A stretch of 60,742 bases of DNA, counting the filler, from a candidate division TA06 bacterium SM23_40 (GTDB lineage: Bacteria > LJUI01 > SM1-40), in the NCBI GenBank assembly GCA_001303705.1. It is 6 parts of 6 records of this genome, joined end to end, with 100 filler letters (N's around TTAATTAATTAA, not from the genome) between each part and the next. Parts side by side here need not be neighbours in the genome. Positions count along the whole stretch, not along the records: positions 29,408 to 41,198 come from LJUI01000076.1; 5 more parts are not named here. One strand, given 5' to 3'. Under the pieces are notes generated by a model. It did no database searches. It was not told where the DNA came from and saw nothing but the letters and a program-made list of their open reading frames with translations. The translations under genes were made by a program, and so were the position numbers. Shown piece after piece: positions 30,779 through 40,434 of this stretch (its first letter is position 1; every line of letters begins with the position of its first letter).

Positions 30779-32689
30779 ATGCCTGTGAAGTGGGCGCGGT
30801 CCGTGTTGTTGTGTACCGCTCTGGCGTCCATCGCTTCGGGCGGCTGCCGGGGGATCTATTCCCGCCTGGTCCATCAGGCGATGCCGCCGGAGACGCGTCC
30901 CGCCGAGATCGTCTTCCCGGTGCGGCCGCTGGCCGATGGGGAATTCGAGGCGCTGGCGGATTCTCTCCTCGCTCAGGCGGCGCCTCACCCGGACCTCCGG
31001 CCGTTCCTCGCTCATATCGACCGGTTTCGGGAAGCAGAGATCAGAGCGTACGAAGGTCCTGCAACATGTATCAGGTGCCACGCCGAGATCGAGGTGGAAG
31101 ATGAGCAGGGCAGATCGCATCAGGTAAGTCTTCTCGATGACGTCACGGGATCGGCTCACTATCGGCTCTTCACTGACCGCCACCCCAATGTGTACGGGTT
31201 CAACGGACAGGTCGCGGACAACTTCCCGATGGGCAAGATCGATCGCCCCTGTCCGAAACCGGGGTCGTTCGTCATGACATCCTGGGCGGAACTGGTCGTG
31301 AGCCAGCAGGGAGATACGTTCTCGACGGGATGCGGGCAGTGCCATATCGGCGGGCAGTACGCCGCCCCGCTTGGCGAGATCATGCCGGGGTACCGGACGT
31401 TGCCGGAGGAGAAGCATGCGCTCGATTGCCTCATCTGCCATTCCGTCGCCTACGATCTGAACCAGAAGGTCGTGGTGGTCGACGACGACGGACGTACGAG
31501 ATGGGGACAGGACCGATCTCTTCGTGCCGCACTGACGGTGGGCATCCCCATCAGTCAGAACTGTCTGCGTTGCCATCAGCACAATTTCGGCGGGGACGTG
31601 TACGTAGACGAGACCGATCCCAGCTTCATGCAGAACATCGTCGACAGGGGTGAGCCGTATCCCCGGGTGCTTCATCCAGGATCGAAACGGGGGACGCCAT
31701 TCTCACCATCATGGGATGTGCACGCGAGAGCCGGTGTCGGCTGCCTCGATTGCCACGAGAGTAGAGGTCACCGTATCGCAAAGGGCACGCACACCACGAC
31801 GTTGATGGCCAACGACCTCCCCGACGTACAGGTCTCGTGCGAGAACTGCCATGCGCGCGCTCCCCATAGGTCAGATCGATACACATCGCCGTACCTGAAC
31901 ATGCATGTTGACATCATCGCCTGCCAGACCTGTCACATCCCCTCCCTCCATCCAGACAATGTCACGCTCTGCGACTTCTCCCGCAGTGTCTACGATGCTG
32001 ATGACGGGCTGTATGGATTTGCCGACATCCTGAAAGATAATGAGCCGGGCAAAGGGATCATCTATCGCTGGTGGAACGGTTCAGCGACCTTCTTCGGTAA
32101 TCCCATTGGCGACCGGCCGGACGGTGAGGGCTCTTACCGGTTCTACGACCCAACGCACGTCTGGCCTGAGTTCGCGGGATTCGACTACGCGGGCTGGTAC
32201 GAGAGCGTGATGAAGCCGATCGCCCGTCAGGGCCGGTCGAAGCTCTATGCCATGAAGCTGTACAACGGGAGGCAGCACATCGATCTCGGCAACATCGGCC
32301 CGTTCGGGGGCATGCTGGTACCGTATAATCTTCCCGTGTACCACTCGACCGGAGATCCCCTGGCTGCCGCCGCGGCCGAGATGGAGAAGGGGATGATGAA
32401 GAAGATGTACAGCTGGATGTTCAAGAAGTATCTGCTGGATCGGTTTCTGTCGTTCCTCGACGTCGATGAATGGAACATAGCATCCTATGCGGATGTCGCC
32501 GCCGGCAGGAATATCGAAGCCCGCTGGATCCCGCACGATGCCTGCCTGGAGATCGATCATGCGATACGCCGCGAGGGAGCTCTCGGCTGTGCGGATTGTC
32601 ACTCTCCGTGGAGTGTGCTCGACTTCAGATCTCTGGGATACTCCGAGGAAGAGATCGCTGCACTGTCCGAGCAGAGGGTGCTGCGATAG
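30779..32689 (+). CDS. Octaheme cytochrome c, OTR-like, probable lipoprotein
   Basis: Eight CxxCH (CIRCH, CGQCH, CLICH, CLRCH, CLDCH, CENCH, CQTCH, CADCH) with OTR-like spacing; signal ending ASGGC. Confidence 0.85.
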   Translation: MPVKWARSVLLCTALASIASGGCRGIYSRLVHQAMPPETRPAEIVFPVRPLADGEFEALADSLLAQAAPHPDLRPFLAHIDRFREAEIRAYEGPATCIRCHAEIEVEDEQGRSHQVSLLDDVTGSAHYRLFTDRHPNVYGFNGQVADNFPMGKIDRPCPKPGSFVMTSWAELVVSQQGDTFSTGCGQCHIGGQYAAPLGEIMPGYRTLPEEKHALDCLICHSVAYDLNQKVVVVDDDGRTRWGQDRSLRAALTVGIPISQNCLRCHQHNFGGDVYVDETDPSFMQNIVDRGEPYPRVLHPGSKRGTPFSPSWDVHARAGVGCLDCHESRGHRIAKGTHTTTLMANDLPDVQVSCENCHARAPHRSDRYTSPYLNMHVDIIACQTCHIPSLHPDNVTLCDFSRSVYDADDGLYGFADILKDNEPGKGIIYRWWNGSATFFGNPIGDRPDGEGSYRFYDPTHVWPEFAGFDYAGWYESVMKPIARQGRSKLYAMKLYNGRQHIDLGNIGPFGGMLVPYNLPVYHSTGDPLAAAAAEMEKGMMKKMYSWMFKKYLLDRFLSFLDVDEWNIASYADVAAGRNIEARWIPHDACLEIDHAIRREGALGCADCHSPWSVLDFRSLGYSEEEIAALSEQRVLR

Positions 32690-32717
32690 GGTGACGTGGC
32701 AGGGAATGGATCCGGGA

Positions 32718-32814
32718 GGATGACCGGAACGGATGGAGAAGGATGCCGGGAATACATGGAGAACGATGACGGGAATAGATGGAGAAGGATGTCAGGAACA
32801 GATGGAGGAGGATG
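32718..32814 (+). repeat. Degenerate 23-bp tandem repeat x4 ending at the macrodomain start codon
   Basis: Consensus about GGATGNCGGGAAYAGATGGAGAA at 32718, 32741, 32764, 32787. Confidence 0.85.
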
Positions 32815-33375
32815 GCGATAATGGAGACGATGGTGGGCAACACCAGGCTCTCACTGATTCGCGGTGACATCACGCAACAGGAGACCGAGGCGATCGTCAA
32901 CGCAGCCAACTCGAGCCTGCTCGGGGGAGGTGGGGTCGATGGTGCGATCCACCGGGCCGGCGGCCCGCAGATTCTGGAAGAGTGCACGGCGATCCGTGCA
33001 AGGCAGGGAGGGTGCCCTACGGGAGAGGCGGTCATTACCACCGGGGGGAACCTCAGAGCGCAGCACGTAATTCATACCGTCGGCCCGATCTGGGCGGGAG
33101 GCGACAAGGATGAAGATCGCCTGCTCCGCAATGCCTACCACAGCAGCCTGGCGCTGGCGAAGGACCGCGGGATCCGTTCGCTTTCCTTTCCCTCGGTCAG
33201 TACTGGCGCGTACCGGTTTCCTATCTCGCGTGCGGCGAGAATCGCGCTCTCGACGGTTCGAGAATTCCTGCGCGAGCACGAATTCGAGGAGGTGCGGTTC
33301 GTGCTCTTCTCGGAGAGCGATCTCGGGTCCTATGAGAAGGCATGGGATCAGCTGGCGGCTGCGGGAGAGAAGTGA
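32812..33375 (+). CDS. Macrodomain O-acetyl-ADP-ribose deacetylase (YmdB-like)
   Basis: [34 protein letters not shown]. Confidence 0.93.
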   Translation: MAIMETMVGNTRLSLIRGDITQQETEAIVNAANSSLLGGGGVDGAIHRAGGPQILEECTAIRARQGGCPTGEAVITTGGNLRAQHVIHTVGPIWAGGDKDEDRLLRNAYHSSLALAKDRGIRSLSFPSVSTGAYRFPISRAARIALSTVREFLREHEFEEVRFVLFSESDLGSYEKAWDQLAAAGEK

Positions 33376-33433
33376 CCCGGCGCGCCTGCGACCGGCGGCT
33401 CGAGGCCGGTGAGCATGAGGAGGGAGTAGTGAA

Positions 33434-34213
33434 GTGACGAGCGACGCGACGGGTTCTGCCCGGGAGTTCCTGTCGGAGCCCGCGGTGTACGACTTCTTCG
33501 TAGACGAGGAGTCGCGGCTGAAGCGCGAGGAAGATCTCCTGCGAAAGGTTGCGGCCGCCTCCTCTGCCGACAGGTCCGGCGTACTCGACGTCGCATGCGG
33601 TACTGGCATTCACGCCGCGTTCTTCGCCCGTCTCGGGTACCGGGTCGTGGCCCGCGATGCCGATCCCGAGATGATCGCCTATGCCCGGGCCAAATGGGAA
33701 GGCTCCGGGGGCGTGAGATGGGCGATCCATGACATGGCCGAGACGTCTCGCGAGAAATTCGGCCTGTCGCTCTGTCTCGGGAACTCCCTCTCGATGCTCC
33801 CCGACGAGGATGCGCTCTCCCGCACGATGAAGGCGGTGGCGGAACAGCTCGACGACGGTGGACGATTCCTTTTTCAGATACTCGATTACGCGTCGCTGCG
33901 CGCGGATAGCCATCGCCTCGTGTACAAGCCCGGCGAGGTCAATGGGAGGAGAATCGGGGTCGTCAAGCTGCTGGCAGCGTCGGGCGATGAGATCATCGCC
34001 TCCTTTCTCACGCTCGAGCGACAGGATGAGGAAAACGGCGAAGTCTGGGCATGCCGATCCACGGTGTCGCGGCTCTCGGCGTGGGAGCCGGATGATATGA
34101 GGAAGTCTATCGCCGCGGCAGGGCTGAGAATAGAAGAAGAGTATTCGGCCTTCTCAGGGAAGCCGTTTGCTCCCGGAGAAGGCCGTGACTATATCGCAGT
34201 TGCAGGTAGATGA
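33434..34213 (+). CDS. Class I SAM-dependent methyltransferase
   Basis: VLDVACGTG motif I; CLGNSL as in glycine/sarcosine N-methyltransferase-like proteins. Confidence 0.85.
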   Translation: MTSDATGSAREFLSEPAVYDFFVDEESRLKREEDLLRKVAAASSADRSGVLDVACGTGIHAAFFARLGYRVVARDADPEMIAYARAKWEGSGGVRWAIHDMAETSREKFGLSLCLGNSLSMLPDEDALSRTMKAVAEQLDDGGRFLFQILDYASLRADSHRLVYKPGEVNGRRIGVVKLLAASGDEIIASFLTLERQDEENGEVWACRSTVSRLSAWEPDDMRKSIAAAGLRIEEEYSAFSGKPFAPGEGRDYIAVAGR

Positions 34214-34253
34214 TCGCCTGCGATGCAGTCGTGGTCGATGGTCTCGTGTGCCC

Positions 34254-34910
34254 CTAATCCACCCAGTCGGCGAACGTGATGTGCAGGGAGCCGCTGGCCT
34301 TCAGCTCTGCGCCCGTCGCCACATCCTCTCCTGTGATCTCCACGTCAGCGATCACATCGAGCGGTATCCCCGTTCCCGCATAGTAGCTGTGCCCGCCCAA
34401 TTCCTGAAGTGAGGCGATCGAAGAGAGCGGCTCTGCGATCTTGGCCTGACTTGCCACTGCCATGATGTTGATCACTCCCGCACACTCTTCTCCCGCAGTC
34501 ACCTCGGCCGAAAGATAGCCCTGCACGACCTCCGGCACCACAGGTTCCTGGTCGATCCGGCGATATGTAATGCGGTACTCGGTGACGCGGGCAGCCTGCA
34601 CGGAGAAGGTCCCCAGGCCGGCACCCGGGGAATAGCAGAGGGTGACCGGAACTATGTCGTCAGAGATGGAGTCGTCCCAGCCGTACGCCTCCATATCGTC
34701 CCCATCACTATCGAAGTCATCGGTGTCGATCTCGATCTCGCCGTGATCGATGATGTCACTGTGCAGAGGATCTCCCAAGTTGATGCTCACTACTCGGAGC
34801 AGTCGGTTGTCGTTTTCACTGCACCCCCCCGCCAGCACCAGAAAGACGATGGAGACCGCCAGCGCGATCGTCCGGATTGAAGCCAGTCTCGGCCAGCTCA
34901 GAGGTTTCAT
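34254..34910 (-). CDS. Uncharacterised lipoprotein
   Basis: GAGGAGG RBS, hydrophobic signal with LAGGC lipobox. Confidence 0.75.
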   Translation of the reverse strand: MKPLSWPRLASIRTIALAVSIVFLVLAGGCSENDNRLLRVVSINLGDPLHSDIIDHGEIEIDTDDFDSDGDDMEAYGWDDSISDDIVPVTLCYSPGAGLGTFSVQAARVTEYRITYRRIDQEPVVPEVVQGYLSAEVTAGEECAGVINIMAVASQAKIAEPLSSIASLQELGGHSYYAGTGIPLDVIADVEITGEDVATGAELKASGSLHITFADWVD

Positions 34911-34994
34911 TGTGGTCCTCCTCTTGCGGAAACAACCCAGTTGCACTATCTTTAGATGAGCAGTCCAAGTGAGTCTCGCGTTGTCCGGTTACTA

Positions 34995-35023
34995 AATCTA
35001 CCCGGCAAGGCGGCGAATGTCAA
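34995..35023 (-). promoter_or_regulatory. Promoter TTGACA-17-TAGATT for the lipoprotein
   Basis: Consensus -35, 17-bp spacer. Confidence 0.6.
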
Positions 35024-35084
35024 GACAAAAACGAGGGGAGAATCCCGGCCGTCGTTCCAGCGAAATGAGGGCGTATTTTTGTAC

Positions 35085-35113
35085 TTGACAATAAGTGAGC
35101 ACAAGGGTATATT
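35085..35113 (+). promoter_or_regulatory. Promoter TTGACA-17-TATATT for HTH-pilMNOPQ
   Basis: Near-perfect consensus, divergent from the lipoprotein promoter. Confidence 0.75.
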
Positions 35114-35164
35114 TTTTTGGCTACTTGTCGTCGCTTATGGTATCCGCCTATTGAGGTTCTCCTG

Positions 35165-35356
35165 ATGCCCCTTGCCCCAGAGAGTATCGATCCGAGAAAG
35201 CTCTATACCGTGTTTGAGACAGCCGAAATACTGCAACTCAGCGAGCAGACAGTCAGAAAACATCTCAGGGATGCTAAGCTGCGGGGCAGAAAGATCGGCA
35301 AGCGGTGGCATATCAGGGGAGCGGAGATACGCAGGTACATCGGCGAACTGGACTAG
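35165..35356 (+). CDS. Small excisionase-like HTH (HTH_17) DNA-binding protein
   Basis: LYTV.ETAEIL..S..TV....R...L.G.KIG..W.I pattern. Confidence 0.85.
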   Translation: MPLAPESIDPRKLYTVFETAEILQLSEQTVRKHLRDAKLRGRKIGKRWHIRGAEIRRYIGELD

Positions 35357-35462
35357 CGAGACGACCGGGGACGAGGCGTCATGGGCACCCACCACGGCTC
35401 ACGGGGCTCAGTCGGGCGTCCTGCCTTGTAGGAGTGCCCTGGAAGTAGGGGGGCGATCCAAC

Positions 35463-36512
35463 ATGGGGTTCTTACCGAAGAAGAAGCGCCGGAACGTCGG
35501 CCTCGACATCGGGTCCAGCTTGATCAAGGTCGTCGATCTGGAGACCGGAGGCAAGGGCGCAATGCTCCATAACTACGGCATTGGTGCTCTCCCTCCGGAT
35601 GTTATTGTTGACGGCGAGGTGATGGACCGCGAGGTAGTAGTTGATACTATCAAGGGGCTGTTTGCGTCGAAGGGGATCACCAAGACTGCAGTGGCAACGG
35701 CTCTCTCCGGGCGTGGGGTGATCGTCAAGAAGATCACCATGGAAAAGATGAGGGAGGCCGAGGCTCGCGAGCAGATCCGATGGGAAGCAGAGCAGCACGT
35801 GCCGTTCGACATCAGCGACGTCTCGCTCGATTTCCAGATCGTCGACACTGAGAGCGCCCCCGATCAGATGGACGTACTGCTCGTTGCCGCGAAGCGAGAG
35901 AACGTCACGGCTCGAGTCAATCTGCTTCAGGAAGCAGGGCTCGACACGGTGCTGGTCGATGTTGCTGCGTTCGCGATCCAGAATGTGTACGAGGCGAACT
36001 ACGGATTCGAGCCTGGACAGTTGATCGCCCTCGTCAATGTGGGAGCAGAGACGAGCGGCATCAACTTCGTCAAGGATGGCATTTCGTTCTTCACCCGGGA
36101 TCTATCGACAGCCGGGGGGGATTGCAGTCAGAGGCTCCAGAAGGAGCTGGGGGTAGGATACGAGCAGGCAACGGAAATCCTCAAGGGAGAGTCGCTCGAG
36201 GCGGTTGGGATGGACCAACTCCAGCCGATCCTGCGATCCTTCGGCGAGGATCTGGCGGTAGGAATAGAGCGGACGCTTCCCTATCTTCCGTCCTCCGACG
36301 AAACAAGAAAAATGAACCGGATCGTGATGAGCGGAGGGGGAGCGATGATCCCCGGACTGGCCGACTTTCTCCAGGAGCGATTCGAGATCCCCGTTGAAAT
36401 CATTGATCCTTTCCAGCGAATTGAATACGCGCCCGATCTGTTCGGTCCTCAGGGGCCGAAGTCGACAGGGCCCATCATCGCCCAGGCCATCGGGCTTGCC
36501 ATGAGGGAGTAG
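35463..36512 (+). CDS. pilM: Type IV pilus assembly protein PilM
   Basis: GLDIGSSLIKVV actin-like motif, EAEQHVPF, VLLVAA, SGGGA. Confidence 0.95.
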   Translation: MGFLPKKKRRNVGLDIGSSLIKVVDLETGGKGAMLHNYGIGALPPDVIVDGEVMDREVVVDTIKGLFASKGITKTAVATALSGRGVIVKKITMEKMREAEAREQIRWEAEQHVPFDISDVSLDFQIVDTESAPDQMDVLLVAAKRENVTARVNLLQEAGLDTVLVDVAAFAIQNVYEANYGFEPGQLIALVNVGAETSGINFVKDGISFFTRDLSTAGGDCSQRLQKELGVGYEQATEILKGESLEAVGMDQLQPILRSFGEDLAVGIERTLPYLPSSDETRKMNRIVMSGGGAMIPGLADFLQERFEIPVEIIDPFQRIEYAPDLFGPQGPKSTGPIIAQAIGLAMRE

Positions 36513-36517
36513 TCGCA

Positions 36518-37126
36518 GTGATTCGCATTGACCTTCTGCCCAAGGAAGAACGGAAAGTCAAGAAGAGAGGTGCGCCTGCGATCAGGTTGCCCGGCGGGGT
36601 CGAGGCAGCATTTCCGATCGTGGTCATCGGCTCGGTGATCGTCCTCTGCATTATTCTCTTCTTCCTCCAGCAGACGCGGATGCGGTCGCTCCAGGCTGCG
36701 ATCACTGCAGCCGACCTCGAGCTTGACCGTCTTCGCCGGGAGCTCGCCCTCGTCGACGAGCTGGCGCATCGGCAGCAAGAGGTGCGGTATCGCACAGACA
36801 TGATACGGGACTTGAATCGGCACCGATTCCTCCGGGTGCACCTGCTCGATGAGGTCAGCGGGCTACTGCCCGACTATCTCTGGCTCACAGGATTCAGGGA
36901 GCAGGATCTGCACGTCTACCTCGAGGGGGCGGCGTACTCGAATCTCATCGTTGCCGACCTGATGAACAGACTGGAGTCGTCCGCCTATCTGAGCGATGTC
37001 GATTTGAGTGTGCTGCAGAAGGGCGAGGCCGAAGGGCGTGAGGTGATGAATTTCCAGGTCTCTCTCAGGGTATCCCCCGTAGAGGGCGCTGAGAGGCCGC
37101 CGGGCCACGAATCCGAACTGTGGTAG
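36518..37126 (+). CDS. pilN: Type IV pilus assembly protein PilN
   Basis: IRIDLLP (INLLP) motif, TM, coiled coil, LP..LWL. Confidence 0.9.
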   Translation: MIRIDLLPKEERKVKKRGAPAIRLPGGVEAAFPIVVIGSVIVLCIILFFLQQTRMRSLQAAITAADLELDRLRRELALVDELAHRQQEVRYRTDMIRDLNRHRFLRVHLLDEVSGLLPDYLWLTGFREQDLHVYLEGAAYSNLIVADLMNRLESSAYLSDVDLSVLQKGEAEGREVMNFQVSLRVSPVEGAERPPGHESELW

Positions 37127-37163
37127 ACAAGATTTCCAGGCAACCCGACACGAGGGGATTGCA

Positions 37164-37727
37164 GTGGATTTAAGAGATCCGAAGGTCCAGAAGAATCTTC
37201 TGGTGATCATAGCCGCGGTCCTCATCCTGGTTCTCTTCTACTTCTTCTCCTATTCGAGGAACCGGGCCAAAATCGTGACTATGAGAGATGAATTGGCCTC
37301 CCGCAATGCTCAGATAGAGCAGGCCAGGGTGGCGGCGATGCGTATTGACGAGATGCGGGCAGAACTCGACCAGCTCCTCCGGCAATGGGAGCGGGTCAAG
37401 CAGATGCTTCCGTCGGACCGAGAGATCCCGGATCTCATTAAATCGATTACGAACGTCGGCAACCGGGCCGGTACTGGGTTTCTATTGTTCCGGCCGCTTC
37501 CCGTTGTGCCCGTGGAGTTCTATTCTGAGCTGCCCATCGAGATACGGGTGAGGGGTGGGTATCATGAGATCGCATCGTTCCTCAGTGCGATCGCGAATCT
37601 TCCGCGCATCGTCAATGTTCGGAATATGACGATGAGCCGTGCTGAGGAGGAGATCGAGATCGGCTTCCAGGCCGTGACGTACCTACTGACCGAGCAGGGG
37701 GGACCCGGTGCACTTCCAGAACCGTAG
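37164..37727 (+). CDS. pilO: Type IV pilus assembly protein PilO
   Basis: LP...EIPDL, FY.ELPI, GGYH, LPRIV. Confidence 0.92.
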   Translation: MDLRDPKVQKNLLVIIAAVLILVLFYFFSYSRNRAKIVTMRDELASRNAQIEQARVAAMRIDEMRAELDQLLRQWERVKQMLPSDREIPDLIKSITNVGNRAGTGFLLFRPLPVVPVEFYSELPIEIRVRGGYHEIASFLSAIANLPRIVNVRNMTMSRAEEEIEIGFQAVTYLLTEQGGPGALPEP

Positions 37728-38520
37728 CCTGTTCTCCCCGAAAGGGAGACGAACCGGCGCGCTGCTGATCGTGCTGATGCTGGTGGTATTGGCCGTCGCC
37801 GGATGTGATCGGATTGGCGGCAATCCCGTCGGCCGCGTCGTGAACAGGGTATTGAGCCTCTTACGTCGGGCTCCGGAAGAAGAAGAGCCGGTCGTCGAGT
37901 ACGTGATGACCGAGGATGATACCCTCTGGGCTGAGGAGGACTCGATCTGGGCCGAGGAGGAGATGCCGGCCGGCGAGGCGGAGGAGGAGGTTGTGGTCGC
38001 CCAGGTGACCGAGGAAGAGCCCGCCGCCGAACAGCCGGTGGAGGAGGTTGAGGCGCCGGAGGGGGCCGTCGAAGAGGTCTCAGAGGAAATTTCGGAAGAG
38101 ATAGTCGAGGAGATTGCCGGGGAGATAGATGAGGAAGCACTGGGAGAGCTGATGGAGGAGGAGCCAGAGGTCCTGCCCGAAGAGCTGCCTCCCGAGAAAT
38201 TGGCGAAGGCCTTTGGGCAGGAGGAGTACTACTACGAGCGAAAGGGAAGACGCGATCCGTTTCATGCTGTGAGTCCAACAGAGGGAGGTGTGCTGGCTCT
38301 CGATGTCAACAACCTCTCGCTGATAGGGACCATGCGCGGTTCCAAAGTCCAGCTCGGGCTGTTCAAGGATCGGTTGGGTATGGGATATGTGTTGCGGCAG
38401 GGAGACAAGGTGGCAGGTGGTCGAGTTGCCGCGATCACCGAGGATTCGGTGGTCTTCGAGCTAACGCAGTTTGGAGCCGTCAGCAGAGTGACCATCTCTC
38501 TGGGCGTAGAAACGTACTGA
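37708..38520 (+). CDS. pilP: PilP-like lipoprotein with long acidic linker (start uncertain)
   Basis: VAGC lipobox, Glu-rich region, Y....RRDPF motif, beta domain; between pilO and pilQ. Confidence 0.75.
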   Translation: MHFQNRSLFSPKGRRTGALLIVLMLVVLAVAGCDRIGGNPVGRVVNRVLSLLRRAPEEEEPVVEYVMTEDDTLWAEEDSIWAEEEMPAGEAEEEVVVAQVTEEEPAAEQPVEEVEAPEGAVEEVSEEISEEIVEEIAGEIDEEALGELMEEEPEVLPEELPPEKLAKAFGQEEYYYERKGRRDPFHAVSPTEGGVLALDVNNLSLIGTMRGSKVQLGLFKDRLGMGYVLRQGDKVAGGRVAAITEDSVVFELTQFGAVSRVTISLGVETY

Positions 38521-38545
38521 TATCCCGTCGATAGCGAGGTGAAGC

Positions 38546-40330
38546 ATGAGCAGAAGGTGTAGAAAACTGCCACGGTGGGTGCTGGTAGCGGGAGTGGCCC
38601 TAGTGCCTCTGTCGGCCATGTCGATGGAGATTAGCGACGTCGTCATACGACAGGCGGCAAATATGACAGAGGTCATCGTCGAGGCAGATCACCCGCTCAG
38701 CTACACGCATTTCACGCTCTCTTCTCCCGACCGCATCGTGGTCGACATACCCCAGGCGGGGGGCGGATTGGGAGCCAAGGTGTACCCGATGGTAGCAAGA
38801 GGTGATGTTACCAGCATCAATATCGGACGTTTTTCTCAGGCTCCCGATCTGTTCAGGCTCGTCATTGGGCTGAAACGCCCGGTTCGCTACGGAGTGGCGG
38901 CGCTAGAGAACGCGCTCGTCGTATCGTTCCCTATGGCCGAGCCCGTTGCGTTTCCCGAGTGGCATGCGTCGGGTTCGGCCACGGGGTCGGTGATCCGGTG
39001 GGGATCCACTAATCGGGCGGTTGCCAAGGAGCCGCCCCGACAGATGGCGAAGTCTCAGGAGAAACCATCGCACAATCCGCCTCCCGAGCCCCAGCCTCCT
39101 GTGGACGAAATCGGCCCCATGTCCATGGACCTCGAGGATGCCGATATCCGCACAGTTCTGCGTGCGCTCGCCGAATATGCCGGGCGCAACATCGTCGCCG
39201 GCAATGACGTGCAGGGGACCATCACGGTTCGTCTGAGAGAGGTCCGGTGGGACCAGGCGCTCGACATCGTGCTCCGCACCGCGGGCATGGCGTACGTGGA
39301 GGAAGATGGGATCATTCGGGTGGCGCCGCCCTCGCGGCTGGAGTCGGAGAAGATGGAGCGAGAGGCAGCTGCCCGCCAGCTCGAGATGGTTCAGCCCCTG
39401 GAGACGAGGGTATACGCGATCGAGTTCGCTACTGCGGCAGAGCTGATGTCGCCGCTTGCTCGCATGCTCTCTGACCGCGGAACTATCGAAGTGGACTCGC
39501 GCACGAATTCCCTTCTCGTCTCGGACATTGTGCAGCGGCAGGAGCGGGTCAGCGATCTGATCCGCGTGCTCGACTCGCCGACTCCTCAGGTGGAGATCGT
39601 GGCACGCATAGTCGATATCGACCGAAGCTTGTCGCAGGAGCTGGGCATCGACTGGTCGGTGACCGACCTGACGAGTCAGGATGCGAGTACTACGGGAGAG
39701 GTGACTCTCACAGGCGGCGTGGCCGCGCCTTCGATCTCTGCAAGCATAGGGACCGTGCAATCGTACGCCACGCTCCTCGCTCGCCTCGATGCATTCGAGC
39801 AGGATCGGAGAGTCCGGACGATATCGAATCCGCGGATCAGCGCGGTCAACAACCGCGAGGCATCGATTCTCGCCGGGAAGAAGATCCCCCTGACGGTGAT
39901 GGACGAGGCGGGGAACCCGATCACGGAGCTGACGACGATCGGGATCAAGCTCAGCGTAACGCCCCACATCAACTCGCTCGATGAGATCACGATGGATGTC
40001 CATACTGAAGTGAGCGACCTCGACCCGTCGGCTACCATCGCCGGTGGCATCGTTATCATAACCAACGAGGCCGACACCAGGGTGTTGCTGCGTGACGGTC
40101 AGACCGCTGTCATCGGCGGGATGGTGCGCACGCAGGGTGCAACGACGGAAGAGGGTGTCCCGATCCTGCGGAGTATTCCGCTGTTGGGACACTTGTTCAA
40201 GACGACGGCGGTGAGCAGTGCAGACCGCGAGATCTTGATCTTCCTCACACCGCACGTGATCGGCAAGGCCGTACCCGGACAGCAGTTCAGTGCAATTCGG
40301 GACGTAGAGGAGATCTCGGACGCAGAGTAG
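38546..40330 (+). CDS. pilQ: Type IV pilus secretin PilQ (AMIN + STN + secretin)
   Basis: PDRIVVD AMIN, V.WDQALD, D.RTNSL, G.T.VIGG, VP.L..IPLLG.LFK, LIFLTP. Confidence 0.95.
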   Translation: MSRRCRKLPRWVLVAGVALVPLSAMSMEISDVVIRQAANMTEVIVEADHPLSYTHFTLSSPDRIVVDIPQAGGGLGAKVYPMVARGDVTSINIGRFSQAPDLFRLVIGLKRPVRYGVAALENALVVSFPMAEPVAFPEWHASGSATGSVIRWGSTNRAVAKEPPRQMAKSQEKPSHNPPPEPQPPVDEIGPMSMDLEDADIRTVLRALAEYAGRNIVAGNDVQGTITVRLREVRWDQALDIVLRTAGMAYVEEDGIIRVAPPSRLESEKMEREAAARQLEMVQPLETRVYAIEFATAAELMSPLARMLSDRGTIEVDSRTNSLLVSDIVQRQERVSDLIRVLDSPTPQVEIVARIVDIDRSLSQELGIDWSVTDLTSQDASTTGEVTLTGGVAAPSISASIGTVQSYATLLARLDAFEQDRRVRTISNPRISAVNNREASILAGKKIPLTVMDEAGNPITELTTIGIKLSVTPHINSLDEITMDVHTEVSDLDPSATIAGGIVIITNEADTRVLLRDGQTAVIGGMVRTQGATTEEGVPILRSIPLLGHLFKTTAVSSADREILIFLTPHVIGKAVPGQQFSAIRDVEEISDAE

Positions 40331-40409
40331 AGTTGCAGTTACTTCTCCCTGTTTGACGGTGAGGTGCGCGCACCTCCCGCGAACAGCAGAACGACACCGC
40401 TTCATCAGG

Positions 40410-40434
40410 GAGCCGCCGGGAAGACCGGCGGCTC
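40410..40434 (+). terminator. GC hairpin after pilQ
   Basis: 10-bp stem GAGCCGCCGG/CCGGCGGCTC; no U-tract. Confidence 0.45.

Noticed and set aside
29444..31675. Long antisense ORFs (743 aa here; also 38903-40405, 46163-47542, 44572-45903)
   Set aside because: Shadow frames of well-supported genes in high-GC DNA, with no recognisable motifs
35165..35356. Prophage excisionase
   Set aside because: No integrase or phage genes; the gene is co-oriented with pilM behind the same promoter
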